From an uncultured Herbinix sp. (lineage in GTDB: Bacteria; Bacillota; Clostridia; Lachnospirales; Lachnospiraceae), in the NCBI GenBank assembly GCA_964590525.1, contig CAZPWO010000001.1:1870-59673 (forward strand): a stretch of DNA of 57,804 nt. Reading direction: 5' to 3'. Below the pieces are notes generated by a model, which searched no databases, was not told where the DNA came from, and saw nothing but the letters and a program-made list of their open reading frames with translations. Shown piece after piece: positions 19,703 through 28,875 of the stretch; within the stretch, counting starts at the first letter, position 1, and each line of letters starts with the position of its first letter. The position numbers and the translations under genes were made by a program.

Positions 19703-22006
19703 TCAACGAGTAACTGAAGATTCATGCCATATGCCCCCTGTAAGAATAGTCATGTCATCCTTTGGCTGATAATTACTCTCTAGCAAAGCAAAGTCTAGAA
19801 TGCGATTAGCAATCTCTTGCGGGTTATTACTTTTGATTTCCATGATTTTTCGCTCCATGTATGCTTCTTTGTCTTCTTCTTTAATAGAATCCAAAACCCC
19901 ATCTGTAACCATAATTATAACATCTCCTTCATACAGCTTTTTCATAACAGCATCATAGTCAACGTCTCCAAGCATACCAATTGGTAAGGTAGTGGAACTT
20001 ATTGTTTCAACCCAGTTCTTCCTCTTAATAAATGTAGTAGCTGCCCCAATTTTAACAAATTCACAAATTCCGGTAAATAAATTTATAAGACACATATCAA
20101 TGGTTGAAAATATTTGGCTGTCTGCCTTTAATACCATACTGGAGTTAATTAGTTTGATAGCTGTCTCTGCTTTAAAACCAGAATCTATTAATTGTTCAAG
20201 CAAGCCCATAACTGTCTCGCTTTCCTCACCAGCCTCCTTACCTGTCCCCATACCATCAGCTAAAGCCATCATAAATTCTCCTGTCTCCATCTTGATTTGA
20301 GAAAAATTATCCCCAGAGATATTATCCTTCATAGTTCTGGCCATTCCTGTAAGAAGCTTGTATTTTGGTTTTTCAACAAAGACAAAATGATCAAACTCTC
20401 TATCTATTACCGAATTAGATTCCTCCGACACCTTCACCTTAAGGCCCAAGACATCCCCTATAACATTAGCTGCATCCTTAGCTAAAACATAGGGACGCTT
20501 CCTTACAGCAGCATCAATATGAATCTCCTTATGCTTATCCTTTCTCTGTATTATAGTAAGATTCTTTGCCACCACATAAGTCCCCCTAAGCCGGTTCAAA
20601 ATCTTGTTTTCCTGGGCCATAATACTTCCTATGGAACCATATATCTCCCCGTTCATGTCCTTCACAGCCCCAGAGGCTTCCTTAAGTTGTCGAGCAAATA
20701 CTTCCCGGTTCTCTTTCATCCTGTTATTCCATATACGATTGAGTTTGGCCAACTCAAATCCCCGATTGGTCTCTGCTATAAATTGATCAGCACATATACA
20801 TATGTCTGTAAAAGCTTCCGGTGCCTCCTCTTTCTTAATCTCACCATTTCTCTTAGCTATTTCAAATATGGAATTTGCCGCTATATAAGTATTGTCAAAA
20901 TTGTTTTCCCAACAATAAGTACAGTTCTCACAGTTCTTACATAGCTTTTCAGATATTCCTTCAAATATATCATTAATCTCTTCTTTTTTAAAGGTCTTTT
21001 GATTTTCTGATATTGTATCAATTACCTTTGACAATTTGGTAAATGAATCTGAAATGCTTTCTATCCTACTATTAGCAATCTTCTTCAAGTGAAAATTTGC
21101 CTCTTCATCACTATCTCCCCCATCGCCATTTGTCTCTAATTGATAAACAAGACTTCTAGGTAACATCAGGAAAAGGGCAATGGCCGAAACCAAAGCCCCT
21201 ATATCCCTGACATCCATAGTCATATCTGGAGATAAAACTCCAAGTATAACTGCAGTTAGAGAGAATATAGCCCCAGTAGGGACTCTACCTAAGTCTCTAA
21301 ATATTGATGTGGCAATTGCCATCATAGTAAGCATTGCCACATCAGTAATAGGACTTCCCCTTAAGGCTAGAGAAAAACCTGCCAGTGCCCCTGCCACAGC
21401 TCCTGTTCCCATCCCATACTTATATGTGATAAACAAGACCGAAAAATACACAAGGCTTTCCATAGGAGCAATGTAGTCACCACCAACTTGAGGAAATGTC
21501 AATATAACAATAACTATTATTAAAGCTAAACTTACCATCTCCTCCCTAGTTATTCTTAAACCTCTTTTCTTCTTATATAAGCATCCAACTCCTACACTGA
21601 AAATCAGTGCCGATGTGTGCGCAATAACAATTTCCAGAATCGTCAGAAGCACATATGTGGTTTGAAAACCCAGGGCTGCCCCCTCTACAAAAGTGAAAAC
21701 ACCTAGAATTAAAGCAGGAAGTCCATATAAAATCCCCTTAGAAATGTCGTGCTTTTTGACAATGGGCATCTCTAATAAAACTATAGTTGCAACCATTGTT
21801 AGCAAATATTTAAATGTATATGCTGTAGGCATCCCTGTGAGAACCCCAGCAAATATTGTGACCAATATAAAAGTGCTTCTATTGTTCCCAAAATATGCTG
21901 CTGTAAAATATCCAATAGCAAGAGGATTCATTCCATAGAACGAAGCCCTTGCTACAAAAAATCCAATTATACTAATTACAAAAGATCTTTTCCATTTGTT
22001 TTTCAT
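19703..22006 (-). CDS. spoIIE: Stage II sporulation protein E (PP2C phosphatase)
   Basis: Multi-TM N-terminus, CxxCxxCxxCW, GD, ADGMGTG, TDG, DD; position upstream of tilS. Confidence 0.92.
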   Translation of the reverse strand: MKNKWKRSFVISIIGFFVARASFYGMNPLAIGYFTAAYFGNNRSTFILVTIFAGVLTGMPTAYTFKYLLTMVATIVLLEMPIVKKHDISKGILYGLPALILGVFTFVEGAALGFQTTYVLLTILEIVIAHTSALIFSVGVGCLYKKKRGLRITREEMVSLALIIVIVILTFPQVGGDYIAPMESLVYFSVLFITYKYGMGTGAVAGALAGFSLALRGSPITDVAMLTMMAIATSIFRDLGRVPTGAIFSLTAVILGVLSPDMTMDVRDIGALVSAIALFLMLPRSLVYQLETNGDGGDSDEEANFHLKKIANSRIESISDSFTKLSKVIDTISENQKTFKKEEINDIFEGISEKLCKNCENCTYCWENNFDNTYIAANSIFEIAKRNGEIKKEEAPEAFTDICICADQFIAETNRGFELAKLNRIWNNRMKENREVFARQLKEASGAVKDMNGEIYGSIGSIMAQENKILNRLRGTYVVAKNLTIIQRKDKHKEIHIDAAVRKRPYVLAKDAANVIGDVLGLKVKVSEESNSVIDREFDHFVFVEKPKYKLLTGMARTMKDNISGDNFSQIKMETGEFMMALADGMGTGKEAGEESETVMGLLEQLIDSGFKAETAIKLINSSMVLKADSQIFSTIDMCLINLFTGICEFVKIGAATTFIKRKNWVETISSTTLPIGMLGDVDYDAVMKKLYEGDVIIMVTDGVLDSIKEEDKEAYMERKIMEIKSNNPQEIANRILDFALLESNYQPKDDMTILTGGIWHESSVTR

Positions 22007-22044
22007 TATATACGCTCCTTTGATTATACTACGACTGTCTTGCT

Positions 22045-22110
22045 ATTATAGACAGGCCATTTTGAAAACTTTGTCAGAAACACCACCCTATATGGAAAAA
22101 CTTTTTGACA
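22045..22110 (-). promoter_or_regulatory. spoIIE promoter: sigmaA-type with 21-bp spacing and a near-consensus Spo0A box
   Basis: CTGACA (22072-22077)-21 nt-TATAAT (22045-22050); TGTCAAA at 22104-22110. Confidence 0.65.
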
Positions 22111-22173
22111 AGAAACCCATAAAGCTACCGTATCTATCGAATCAAGGGAGCTCATTGTTATTAAGAAGCTCAA

Positions 22174-22226
22174 AAAGGCTTAAGAAAAACCTAGGTAATT
22201 TATACCTAGGTTTTTCTTAAGCCTTT
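22174..22226. terminator. Perfect 24-bp stem terminator after tRNA-Met
   Basis: aaaggcttaagaaaaacctaggta / tacctaggtttttcttaagccttt with a 5-nt loop. Confidence 0.85.
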
Positions 22227-22236
22227 AATAATATAA

Positions 22237-22310
22237 TAGCGAAGGACGGATTTGAACCGCCGACACTGCGGGTATGAACCGCATGCTCTTGCCAACTGAG
22301 CTACTTCGCC
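22237..22310 (-). tRNA. tRNA-Met (CAT), elongator type; CCA not encoded
   Basis: GGCGAAGTAGCTCAGTTGGCAAGAGCATGCGGTTCATACCCGCAGTGTCGGCGGTTCAAATCCGTCCTTCGCTA folds as a cloverleaf, anticodon CAT, no initiator GGG/CCC stem. Confidence 0.95.
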
Positions 22311-22325
22311 GAAGTCACGAATTAC

Positions 22326-22354
22326 ATTATATATACTTTTTTGAAACTTGTCAA
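22326..22354 (-). promoter_or_regulatory. Consensus sigmaA promoter of tRNA-Met
   Basis: TTGACA-17 nt-TATAAT. Confidence 0.85.
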
Positions 22355-22379
22355 CAATAAAATTAATAGTTTTTGCATT

Positions 22380-22667
22380 CTAGTCATTACTCTGAAAAAG
22401 AATCTCATCTTCATACACTAAACCTAGCTTTTCTCTGGCTATATCTTCAATATGCTTTTTAGTTTGAACATAGGCCTCTAGACTTTTTATCTCATTAGCT
22501 CGATCCTCTTGTTCTTTAATTAAGGCATGTATTTCTGTTTCTTGATTCTCAAGCTCTTTTCTATCTTTTTCTAGGTTAATCTTAGCAACAAACAATACCA
22601 CACATATACACAGGACTATAAATGTTATATAGCCAATGCCTGTCTTTCTTTTATACCTTCTAGCCAC
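22380..22667 (-). CDS. divIC: Septum formation initiator DivIC/FtsB family
   Basis: TM, coiled coil, IAREKLGLV; after yabQ; GTG start 22667 (ORF extends to 22685). Confidence 0.85.
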   Translation of the reverse strand: MARRYKRKTGIGYITFIVLCICVVLFVAKINLEKDRKELENQETEIHALIKEQEDRANEIKSLEAYVQTKKHIEDIAREKLGLVYEDEILFQSND

Positions 22668-22701
22668 CCTTAATTCACCCCGCAATATTAAAAATACAAC
22701 A

Positions 22702-23220
22702 CTATTTTTTCTTCTTCTTTTTGATCCTTTTAGATTTTTTCTCTTTTATTTTTGATTCTTCTTTCTTTTGATTCTTCTTTTTTCTTTTCGACTCTTCTCT
22801 AGATTGTTTTATAGCCTGCACTTTAGAAATCAATTTAATATTAACAGATTTGTAATAGTTTTTCAATCTTTTAATTAATTTTCTTAACAACTTCATAATA
22901 GGCCTCATTATATACTTAATAATTTCACTTGCCCCCTTGACAAATAAATCGCTAAGTACATAATAATATAACATCATCCCTATACCCATACCCAGTATAA
23001 AAAAACCACGAATTATTCCGTTGTTTTCCTTGTATAGTATGGTGAATATAAAGAGACTGGCTGCAAGCCAATAGACAAGGTCTTCAAAGGATATTAAAAA
23101 AATACCGTGACCAATTAACCTTCTTAAAATCCTTAAAAAGTCATATACAATTATTAATACTGCTCCCCACAAGATAGAAGTCAGAAAAAATTGCAACTCA
23201 AGAGTAATCGAAGCATTCAT
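22702..23220 (-). CDS. yabQ: Spore cortex biosynthesis protein YabQ
   Basis: YDFLRILR, EDLVYW, NNGIIR; long basic tail. Confidence 0.9.
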   Translation of the reverse strand: MNASITLELQFFLTSILWGAVLIIVYDFLRILRRLIGHGIFLISFEDLVYWLAASLFIFTILYKENNGIIRGFFILGMGIGMMLYYYVLSDLFVKGASEIIKYIMRPIMKLLRKLIKRLKNYYKSVNIKLISKVQAIKQSREESKRKKKNQKKEESKIKEKKSKRIKKKKKK

Positions 23221-23229
23221 TTCTTCCTC

Positions 23230-23517
23230 CTATTTAAAAAGTCTTCCCAATAAGGATTCTTCTGACTTAGAATAAGCAGAATTGTCTGAGTAAGTAAGAC
23301 TATTGATCTTACCATCAATATCTACTTCACCCTTCTCCAAGGTTAGACGGTTTACATGAAGTTCTTCTCCTCTAATCATTAAAACCCCTTCTTCTGTCTC
23401 AAGAAGGACTTCGCCTGAGTCAAATGATAGCACATCTTTAACCCCTGTAATTATAGCCGTTCTCCTCCCATTAATATGTAACTTATGCCCCTTTAAATTT
23501 TGTTGTCTTTCATCCAT
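23230..23517 (-). CDS. yabP: Sporulation protein YabP
   Basis: TGVKDVLSFD, LETEEGVLMIRGEEL, LLGRLFK; start behind GAGGAGG. Confidence 0.92.
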   Translation of the reverse strand: MDERQQNLKGHKLHINGRRTAIITGVKDVLSFDSGEVLLETEEGVLMIRGEELHVNRLTLEKGEVDIDGKINSLTYSDNSAYSKSEESLLGRLFK

Positions 23518-23578
23518 TATAAAAAGCCTCCTCATATAGACAAGTACAAGTCATTAATAATCCTAGACTGCCTTGTAA

Positions 23579-23607
23579 AATATATGAGAAGACTTCTAAC
23601 TTCATGA
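23579..23607 (-). promoter_or_regulatory. Putative sigmaE promoter of yabPQ
   Basis: TCATGAA-14 nt-CATATATT; yabP is sigmaE-dependent in B. subtilis. Confidence 0.55.
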
Positions 23608-23611
23608 CCAT

Positions 23612-23851
23612 TTAAAGATACTTAATCAGGTCTTTCGCCTCATCTTTCTTAGCATATTCATTTATATCAAGTATCTGAAATTTAACTTCCCTGTTTCCAA
23701 AGTTGATTTCTATAATATCTCCTACCTTCACATTAGTAGATGACTTTGCAGTTTTTCCATTAATTAAAACCCTTCCTGCTTTACAAGCCTCATTGGCTAC
23801 AGTCCTTCTCTTTATGACCCTAGAAACCTTTAGAAATTTATCTAATCTCAT
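23612..23851 (-). CDS. yabO: S4-domain RNA-binding protein YabO/RqcP
   Basis: MRLDKFLKVSRVIKRRTVANEAC. Confidence 0.92.
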   Translation of the reverse strand: MRLDKFLKVSRVIKRRTVANEACKAGRVLINGKTAKSSTNVKVGDIIEINFGNREVKFQILDINEYAKKDEAKDLIKYL

Positions 23852-23875
23852 AATAATCCTTTCTTACCTTTATAT

Positions 23876-23938
23876 AAAAAGACTGTTTTAAATGCCCTAC
23901 ACCCCCTGGGAGATTTGGAATTTAAAACAGCCTCTTTT
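23876..23938 (-). terminator. hup terminator with an unusually large (26-nt) loop
   Basis: ctgttttaaat (23883-23893) / atttaaaacag (23920-23930) flanked by A and T runs. Confidence 0.7.
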
Positions 23939-23964
23939 TATTAGTCATTTTAGTCACTCTACAA

Positions 23965-24240
23965 TTATGCGTTCACTGAGTCCTTTAAAGCTTTTCCAGC
24001 CTTGAACTTAGGTGCTCTAGATGCAGCAATCTGAATCGTATCACCAGTAGATGGGTTTCTTCCCTGTCTTGCTGGCCTATCTGTAACACTAAATGTGCCA
24101 AAACCAACCAACTGTACTTTTTCTCCTTTTGCCAATTCCTCGTTTACAACTTCAATAAAAGCACTTAGTGCCTTTTCTGAGTCTTTCTTGGTTAATTCAG
24201 CTTTCTCTGCAATAGCCGCAACTAATTCTGTTTTGTTCAT
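23965..24240 (-). CDS. hup: DNA-binding protein HU
   Basis: [34 protein letters not shown]. Confidence 0.98.
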   Translation of the reverse strand: MNKTELVAAIAEKAELTKKDSEKALSAFIEVVNEELAKGEKVQLVGFGTFSVTDRPARQGRNPSTGDTIQIAASRAPKFKAGKALKDSVNA

Positions 24241-24333
24241 GAATTCGCTCCTCCTCTAAAGTGTTTGTTTTTAATAATAATCATATAGACTTTACCCAAG
24301 CCCTCTGTTAGGGCGCAAGCATCTACAAGTCTA

Positions 24334-24540
24334 TTTATAAACTTATTATAGAGATTTGTCAAGGAATTTCCTACATTTAACTGTAAAATACCCATTCATT
24401 TAAGAAAAACGAGAACAAGCAAGTCGTTTTATTCTTTTATCTGGTTTTTTCCACCTTATGCATCGGATTTTTTATCATTAAATATTTCCTCATCCCATTT
24501 GCTACCAACCAATTATAGCAACTCTTTCTAATGGATGCAA
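24334..24540 (-). promoter_or_regulatory. Two sigmaA-type promoters upstream of hup
   Basis: TTGACA(24357-62)-17-TATAAA(24334-39) and TTGCAT(24535-40)-17-TATAAT(24512-17). Confidence 0.55.
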
Positions 24541-24632
24541 TCAAAATATAAGAAAGAGCAAAAAAGATTCTTGATGAAAGAATATATATCATACAAAAAT
24601 CTTTTTTCTTATTTGCTTTTTTAATTATAAAC

Positions 24633-25184
24633 TTATTGTTCCATCTGACTTCCTAAGAATGCTGCTGCAGTACTTGCAAGTTTCATTTCAAGCTCACCAA
24701 AGTTGGCCTTTTCTTCTTTTGATAATATGATAATAGACCCTATTACATCACCCTCACTTATAATTGACTCAATCACTTGATAAGTAAAGACACCCTCATC
24801 TTCATTATTCATAATTCTTATATAAGCTTTATCTTCTCTTCCTGCAACTATAGTTTCTCTTTCATTTATAACTTCCTCTAACTCATGGCTTATCCTTCTT
24901 GTAACAATCTCTTTTTTAACAGAACCAGATGCTGCAATAATTATATCCTTATCTGTTATCAATACAATTAAACCTGTGGACTTATTAATAGCATCTGCAT
25001 ATTGCTTTGCAAATTGACCTAATTCTCCTATAGGGGAATATTTCTTTAATATAATTTCTCCGTCTCGGTCCGTAAATATCTCTAAAGGATCTCCCTCTCG
25101 AATCCTCAAAGTTCTTCTTATCTCTTTTGGTACTACAATACGGCCTAAATCATCTATTCTTCTTACTATACCTGTTGCTTTCAT
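24633..25184 (-). CDS. spoVT: Stage V sporulation protein T
   Basis: MKATGIVRRIDDLGR AbrB domain plus GAF domain, 183 aa. Confidence 0.97.
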   Translation of the reverse strand: MKATGIVRRIDDLGRIVVPKEIRRTLRIREGDPLEIFTDRDGEIILKKYSPIGELGQFAKQYADAINKSTGLIVLITDKDIIIAASGSVKKEIVTRRISHELEEVINERETIVAGREDKAYIRIMNNEDEGVFTYQVIESIISEGDVIGSIIILSKEEKANFGELEMKLASTAAAFLGSQMEQ

Positions 25185-25354
25185 ATATTATCTTCCTCCA
25201 TCTTACTAATAAAAGTTATTTGCCTTAATCTTTTACTTAATAATATTGTTTGTAAAATGGAAAAGTTTATACATGAAAAAAATCTTTTTTATTTAATAAA
25301 CAAAGTTAAGCAATTTAATAAACACTTATATACTAACAAAAGCCCTAATAACCT

Positions 25355-27070
25355 TTAAATGTTCAACCTTAATATAGCAAATGTGTTAAATATGTCTACA
25401 ATTCCATATCCCCATTCCCTATTTGGGTATGTAAGACCTTGAGAACGCCTAGCACCTCGCATAAGGTAGTTCTTTATTATAATTGTATTCATTCCTGGGT
25501 AATTGCCATCAACTATTCCCCATTCTAACATAAGGGCCGCTATCCCTGCAGTATGGGCTGCTGCTACACTGGTTCCTGTATATAATTCAAATCCATTAGA
25601 CAAGGTGGGGGCAAGGTAATTCACTCCAGGAGCTGCTAGTTCTGGAGTTACATCCCCCACCCTATTAAATCCTCTACTTGCATTCAAGTACAAGTTTTCA
25701 TTGGATGGATTGTAAGCGGTAACAGTAATTGGCCCCACTGCAGTTCCTGGTGCCAATACCGTAGTATATATGTCTGGTTGGGAAAAAAACGTTTCATTTG
25801 TTATAAAGTCTCCCATAGGAAGCCATATATGAAAGTTTGAATCAATATCCCCCCGGGAATATACATTAAAACGCCAAAGCCCAGGTGTTGGTTTCTCAAA
25901 TCTCAATAATATTAATTGGTCACCTGTATCCAGTTCCACTGTGTGGTAATCTAAATAGATAATAGTCTCTTCAAAAACAAATCTAATAACCCTATGAACT
26001 CTTAGTGATGCAGGAATTCTTGGAATATATTCACCATTAGGAGATAATATATCAATAGAAAAAATCCCTGGAGATTCCCCCCATAACTCCATAGTAAAAC
26101 CCTCTTCTTCACCTACAATCATTTCCACAAGTACATTATTAAATCCAGCTTCTATAGTGCCAAAGAAATGTCTACCCAGACTTCCTTCATTTCCCGCCGC
26201 CACAACAAGTGCACAGCCCGAAATACCACTTACTATTGTTGCCAGGTTACTCAGAAAAGACCTTCCATCGTGAGCCTCTTGAGAAGTTCCAACTCCTAAG
26301 CAAATGACAATAGGCCTTCCAAGATTATTTGCAACTTGTATACAATACTGCACACCCCACATAATATGATTACCTTGATAACATACAGAATCATCTGGAA
26401 TAACATAAAACTCCCTCCACACCTCTTTAGCTTGCCTTAGCTTTACTACTACAAGCTCTGCATCAGGTGCAACACCATAAAACCCTTCTTCTTCAACATC
26501 TCTCCCTGCTGCAATACCTGCAAGCATTGTCCCATGCCCATGTTCATCCATACTAGGCACAACAGAAAGGGGGTCATCAGAAGCTAAAGCTTCATTAATT
26601 TCTTCTCTTAGGTATTCCCTACCAAAGTAATAATTAAAAGGATATCTATCTTCACTATCTATTGTCTGATCCCATATGGAAGCAATCTTGGTAGATCCAT
26701 CATCATGTTGAAAAATCGGATTAGTATAATCAATTCCAGTATCAACTATCCCCACTAAGACTCCACTTCCAATAAGATTAAAGTTAACACTTTCCCTAAT
26801 GTCAAATACGCCAGAACTCTCTAAACTTTCTACACTGACTAATCCGTTCAAGTTAGGAATTGCAGTGAACTCAATTCTTCCAAGATCTTCAACAGTATAT
26901 TCACTTCTTGGAACATAAACAACTGCCACAGCATCATTTATAGGCTGTATTATTGGATCTGTAAATTCAGATAATAATCCTGCCGGATAAACCCTAGGAT
27001 CCACCAGAAAATCTATATAATCTTCACTGGTAATTCTTCTTCTATCTTCTTCCCCCATCATAAACATCAT
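25355..27070 (-). CDS. CspA/CspB-type subtilisin-like serine protease
   Basis: VDTGIDY, IWDQT, HGT, AAGNEG, jelly-roll insertion, GTSVAAA, PNREWGYG. Confidence 0.9.
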   Translation of the reverse strand: MMFMMGEEDRRRITSEDYIDFLVDPRVYPAGLLSEFTDPIIQPINDAVAVVYVPRSEYTVEDLGRIEFTAIPNLNGLVSVESLESSGVFDIRESVNFNLIGSGVLVGIVDTGIDYTNPIFQHDDGSTKIASIWDQTIDSEDRYPFNYYFGREYLREEINEALASDDPLSVVPSMDEHGHGTMLAGIAAGRDVEEEGFYGVAPDAELVVVKLRQAKEVWREFYVIPDDSVCYQGNHIMWGVQYCIQVANNLGRPIVICLGVGTSQEAHDGRSFLSNLATIVSGISGCALVVAAGNEGSLGRHFFGTIEAGFNNVLVEMIVGEEEGFTMELWGESPGIFSIDILSPNGEYIPRIPASLRVHRVIRFVFEETIIYLDYHTVELDTGDQLILLRFEKPTPGLWRFNVYSRGDIDSNFHIWLPMGDFITNETFFSQPDIYTTVLAPGTAVGPITVTAYNPSNENLYLNASRGFNRVGDVTPELAAPGVNYLAPTLSNGFELYTGTSVAAAHTAGIAALMLEWGIVDGNYPGMNTIIIKNYLMRGARRSQGLTYPNREWGYGIVDIFNTFAILRLNI

Positions 27071-27101
27071 TCCATTTCATATATAATAATTGCCTCTAGT
27101 A

Positions 27102-28814
27102 TCAAACTATAAATTGAGTACGCAAACTATCAAACACATTGAATACATCTACAATGCCATAACCCCAATCTCTATTAGGATAAATAATATTTGGATCCCT
27201 TCTCGCCCCCCTAATCAATAACTTCTTCACTTCAGTTGTACTAATCCCTGGCAAATTGCTCCTCACAATGCCCCATTCTAATATAAGGGCTGCAATACCT
27301 GCCGTATGAGCTGCTGCAACACTGCTTCCTGTAAATCCAGCAAAACCTTGCTGTAAAGTAGGGCCTATTACATCAACACCGGGGGCTGCAAAATCTGGCT
27401 TTAAAGTTCCTGTTCTTGTATTACCCCTACTGGCATTAACATAGAGACTATCATCTTCTACATTGTATGCCGTAACAGTAATGGGTATAATGCCATTCCC
27501 AACTGATAAAATTGTAGTATAAGGATTGGATGCAAGAAAATACGTTCCCTCAGATATAAAACCCTCCTTCTGAAGCCATATATTATAACCCATATACAAA
27601 TTCCCCGTCTCATATACATTAAATCTCCATATACCTGCTGTAGGCTTATCAAAACGTAAAAAAATAAATTGATCACCGTTTGTTTTATTTATCATAATAT
27701 ACTCTAGATATATTATAGTTTCATCAAATATAAAGGTGATAATTCTACTAATACTTCTACTTGTATAAATTCTCGGGACATACTCACCAGTAGGCGTCAA
27801 TATATCAATAGTATATGTGCTAGGGGAAGTCCCCCAGATCTCCATTGATAGTCCTCTTTCACTTTCTTCCTCTCCCACATTGAGCTCAACAGTGTCATAA
27901 CCAAGCTCGGGATTAGCCCTTCCTTCATAATGCCTTCTTCCAGTTCCTTCGTTTCCAGCTGCACAAGACACTACAAACCCCTGCCTAGTAGCTACAAGTG
28001 AAAACAAATTAACAATAAGCCCCCACTCATCATGACCACCGAAGCTATTTCCTACAGAAACACATAATGACATTGGCCTTAACAGGACCTCAGTTTTAAA
28101 TAATAAATATTGAAGGGCTAACAATATATCTGTGGTTTGAAAGGCTACTGCGTCTTCTTTGATGAAGTAATAATCCCTTAGATATTGCTTAGCTGGCTTT
28201 AATTTCACCACAACAAATTCCGCATCCGGTGCCACCCCTGCAAAGTTATATTCCGGAACCTCATTACCTCCAGCTATCCCTGCTACCAAGGTTCCATGAC
28301 CATCTGTATCCATAGAGGGTACAATGGACAAGGGATCATCAGCTTGAAGTGCTGCATTAATCTGCTCCCTTGTATACTCAGTCCCATACATAAAACCTTG
28401 CGGCATATCATCACTAACAATAGTCTGGTCCCATATGGCTGCAATTCTTGTAGTCCCATCTGCATGTTGAAATATGGGATTAGTGTAATCTATTCCCGTA
28501 TCAATAATACCAATTAAAGTCCCTTGCCCTCTTAAATCAAAAGCAGGTATAGCTCTCAGAGCAGTTACACCTGATGCCTCCAATGACTGTTCACTAATTA
28601 CACCATATAATATTGGCAAGGAATAACGGTCCCCTTCCAAGACATATAAATCATTAAGTTCCCCAATAGGTATATGAACTACAGCATACAAAAAATTAAT
28701 GATATTTATTGTTGCATCTTCAAGGTCATCAAAGACACTAAAATCTCCACTGTACTCAACTAAAACATCTGCATAGTCTTCACTATATACTCTTGCTCTG
28801 TCTTCATGAATCAC
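27102..28814 (-). CDS. CspA/CspB-type subtilisin-like serine protease (tandem paralog)
   Basis: IDTGIDY, IWDQT, HGT, AAGNEG, GSSVAAA, PNRDWGYG. Confidence 0.9.
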   Translation of the reverse strand: MIHEDRARVYSEDYADVLVEYSGDFSVFDDLEDATINIINFLYAVVHIPIGELNDLYVLEGDRYSLPILYGVISEQSLEASGVTALRAIPAFDLRGQGTLIGIIDTGIDYTNPIFQHADGTTRIAAIWDQTIVSDDMPQGFMYGTEYTREQINAALQADDPLSIVPSMDTDGHGTLVAGIAGGNEVPEYNFAGVAPDAEFVVVKLKPAKQYLRDYYFIKEDAVAFQTTDILLALQYLLFKTEVLLRPMSLCVSVGNSFGGHDEWGLIVNLFSLVATRQGFVVSCAAGNEGTGRRHYEGRANPELGYDTVELNVGEEESERGLSMEIWGTSPSTYTIDILTPTGEYVPRIYTSRSISRIITFIFDETIIYLEYIMINKTNGDQFIFLRFDKPTAGIWRFNVYETGNLYMGYNIWLQKEGFISEGTYFLASNPYTTILSVGNGIIPITVTAYNVEDDSLYVNASRGNTRTGTLKPDFAAPGVDVIGPTLQQGFAGFTGSSVAAAHTAGIAALILEWGIVRSNLPGISTTEVKKLLIRGARRDPNIIYPNRDWGYGIVDVFNVFDSLRTQFIV

Positions 28815-28875
28815 AAGTATACCCCTATTTTATATATTATAATATATATATTACTTTTATCCATAAGTATGAAAG

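Noticed and set aside
21996-22220. 74-aa plus-strand ORF
   Set aside because: Overlaps the spoIIE promoter and the tRNA terminator; no RBS.
22237-22310. tRNA-Met as an integration site (att)
   Set aside because: No integrase and no duplicated tRNA 3' end seen; flanking genes are core.
25241-25275. Forespore sigma (F/G) promoter for spoVT
   Set aside because: GTATA and an AATATTA-like element are present but the spacing does not fit the consensus well enough to call.
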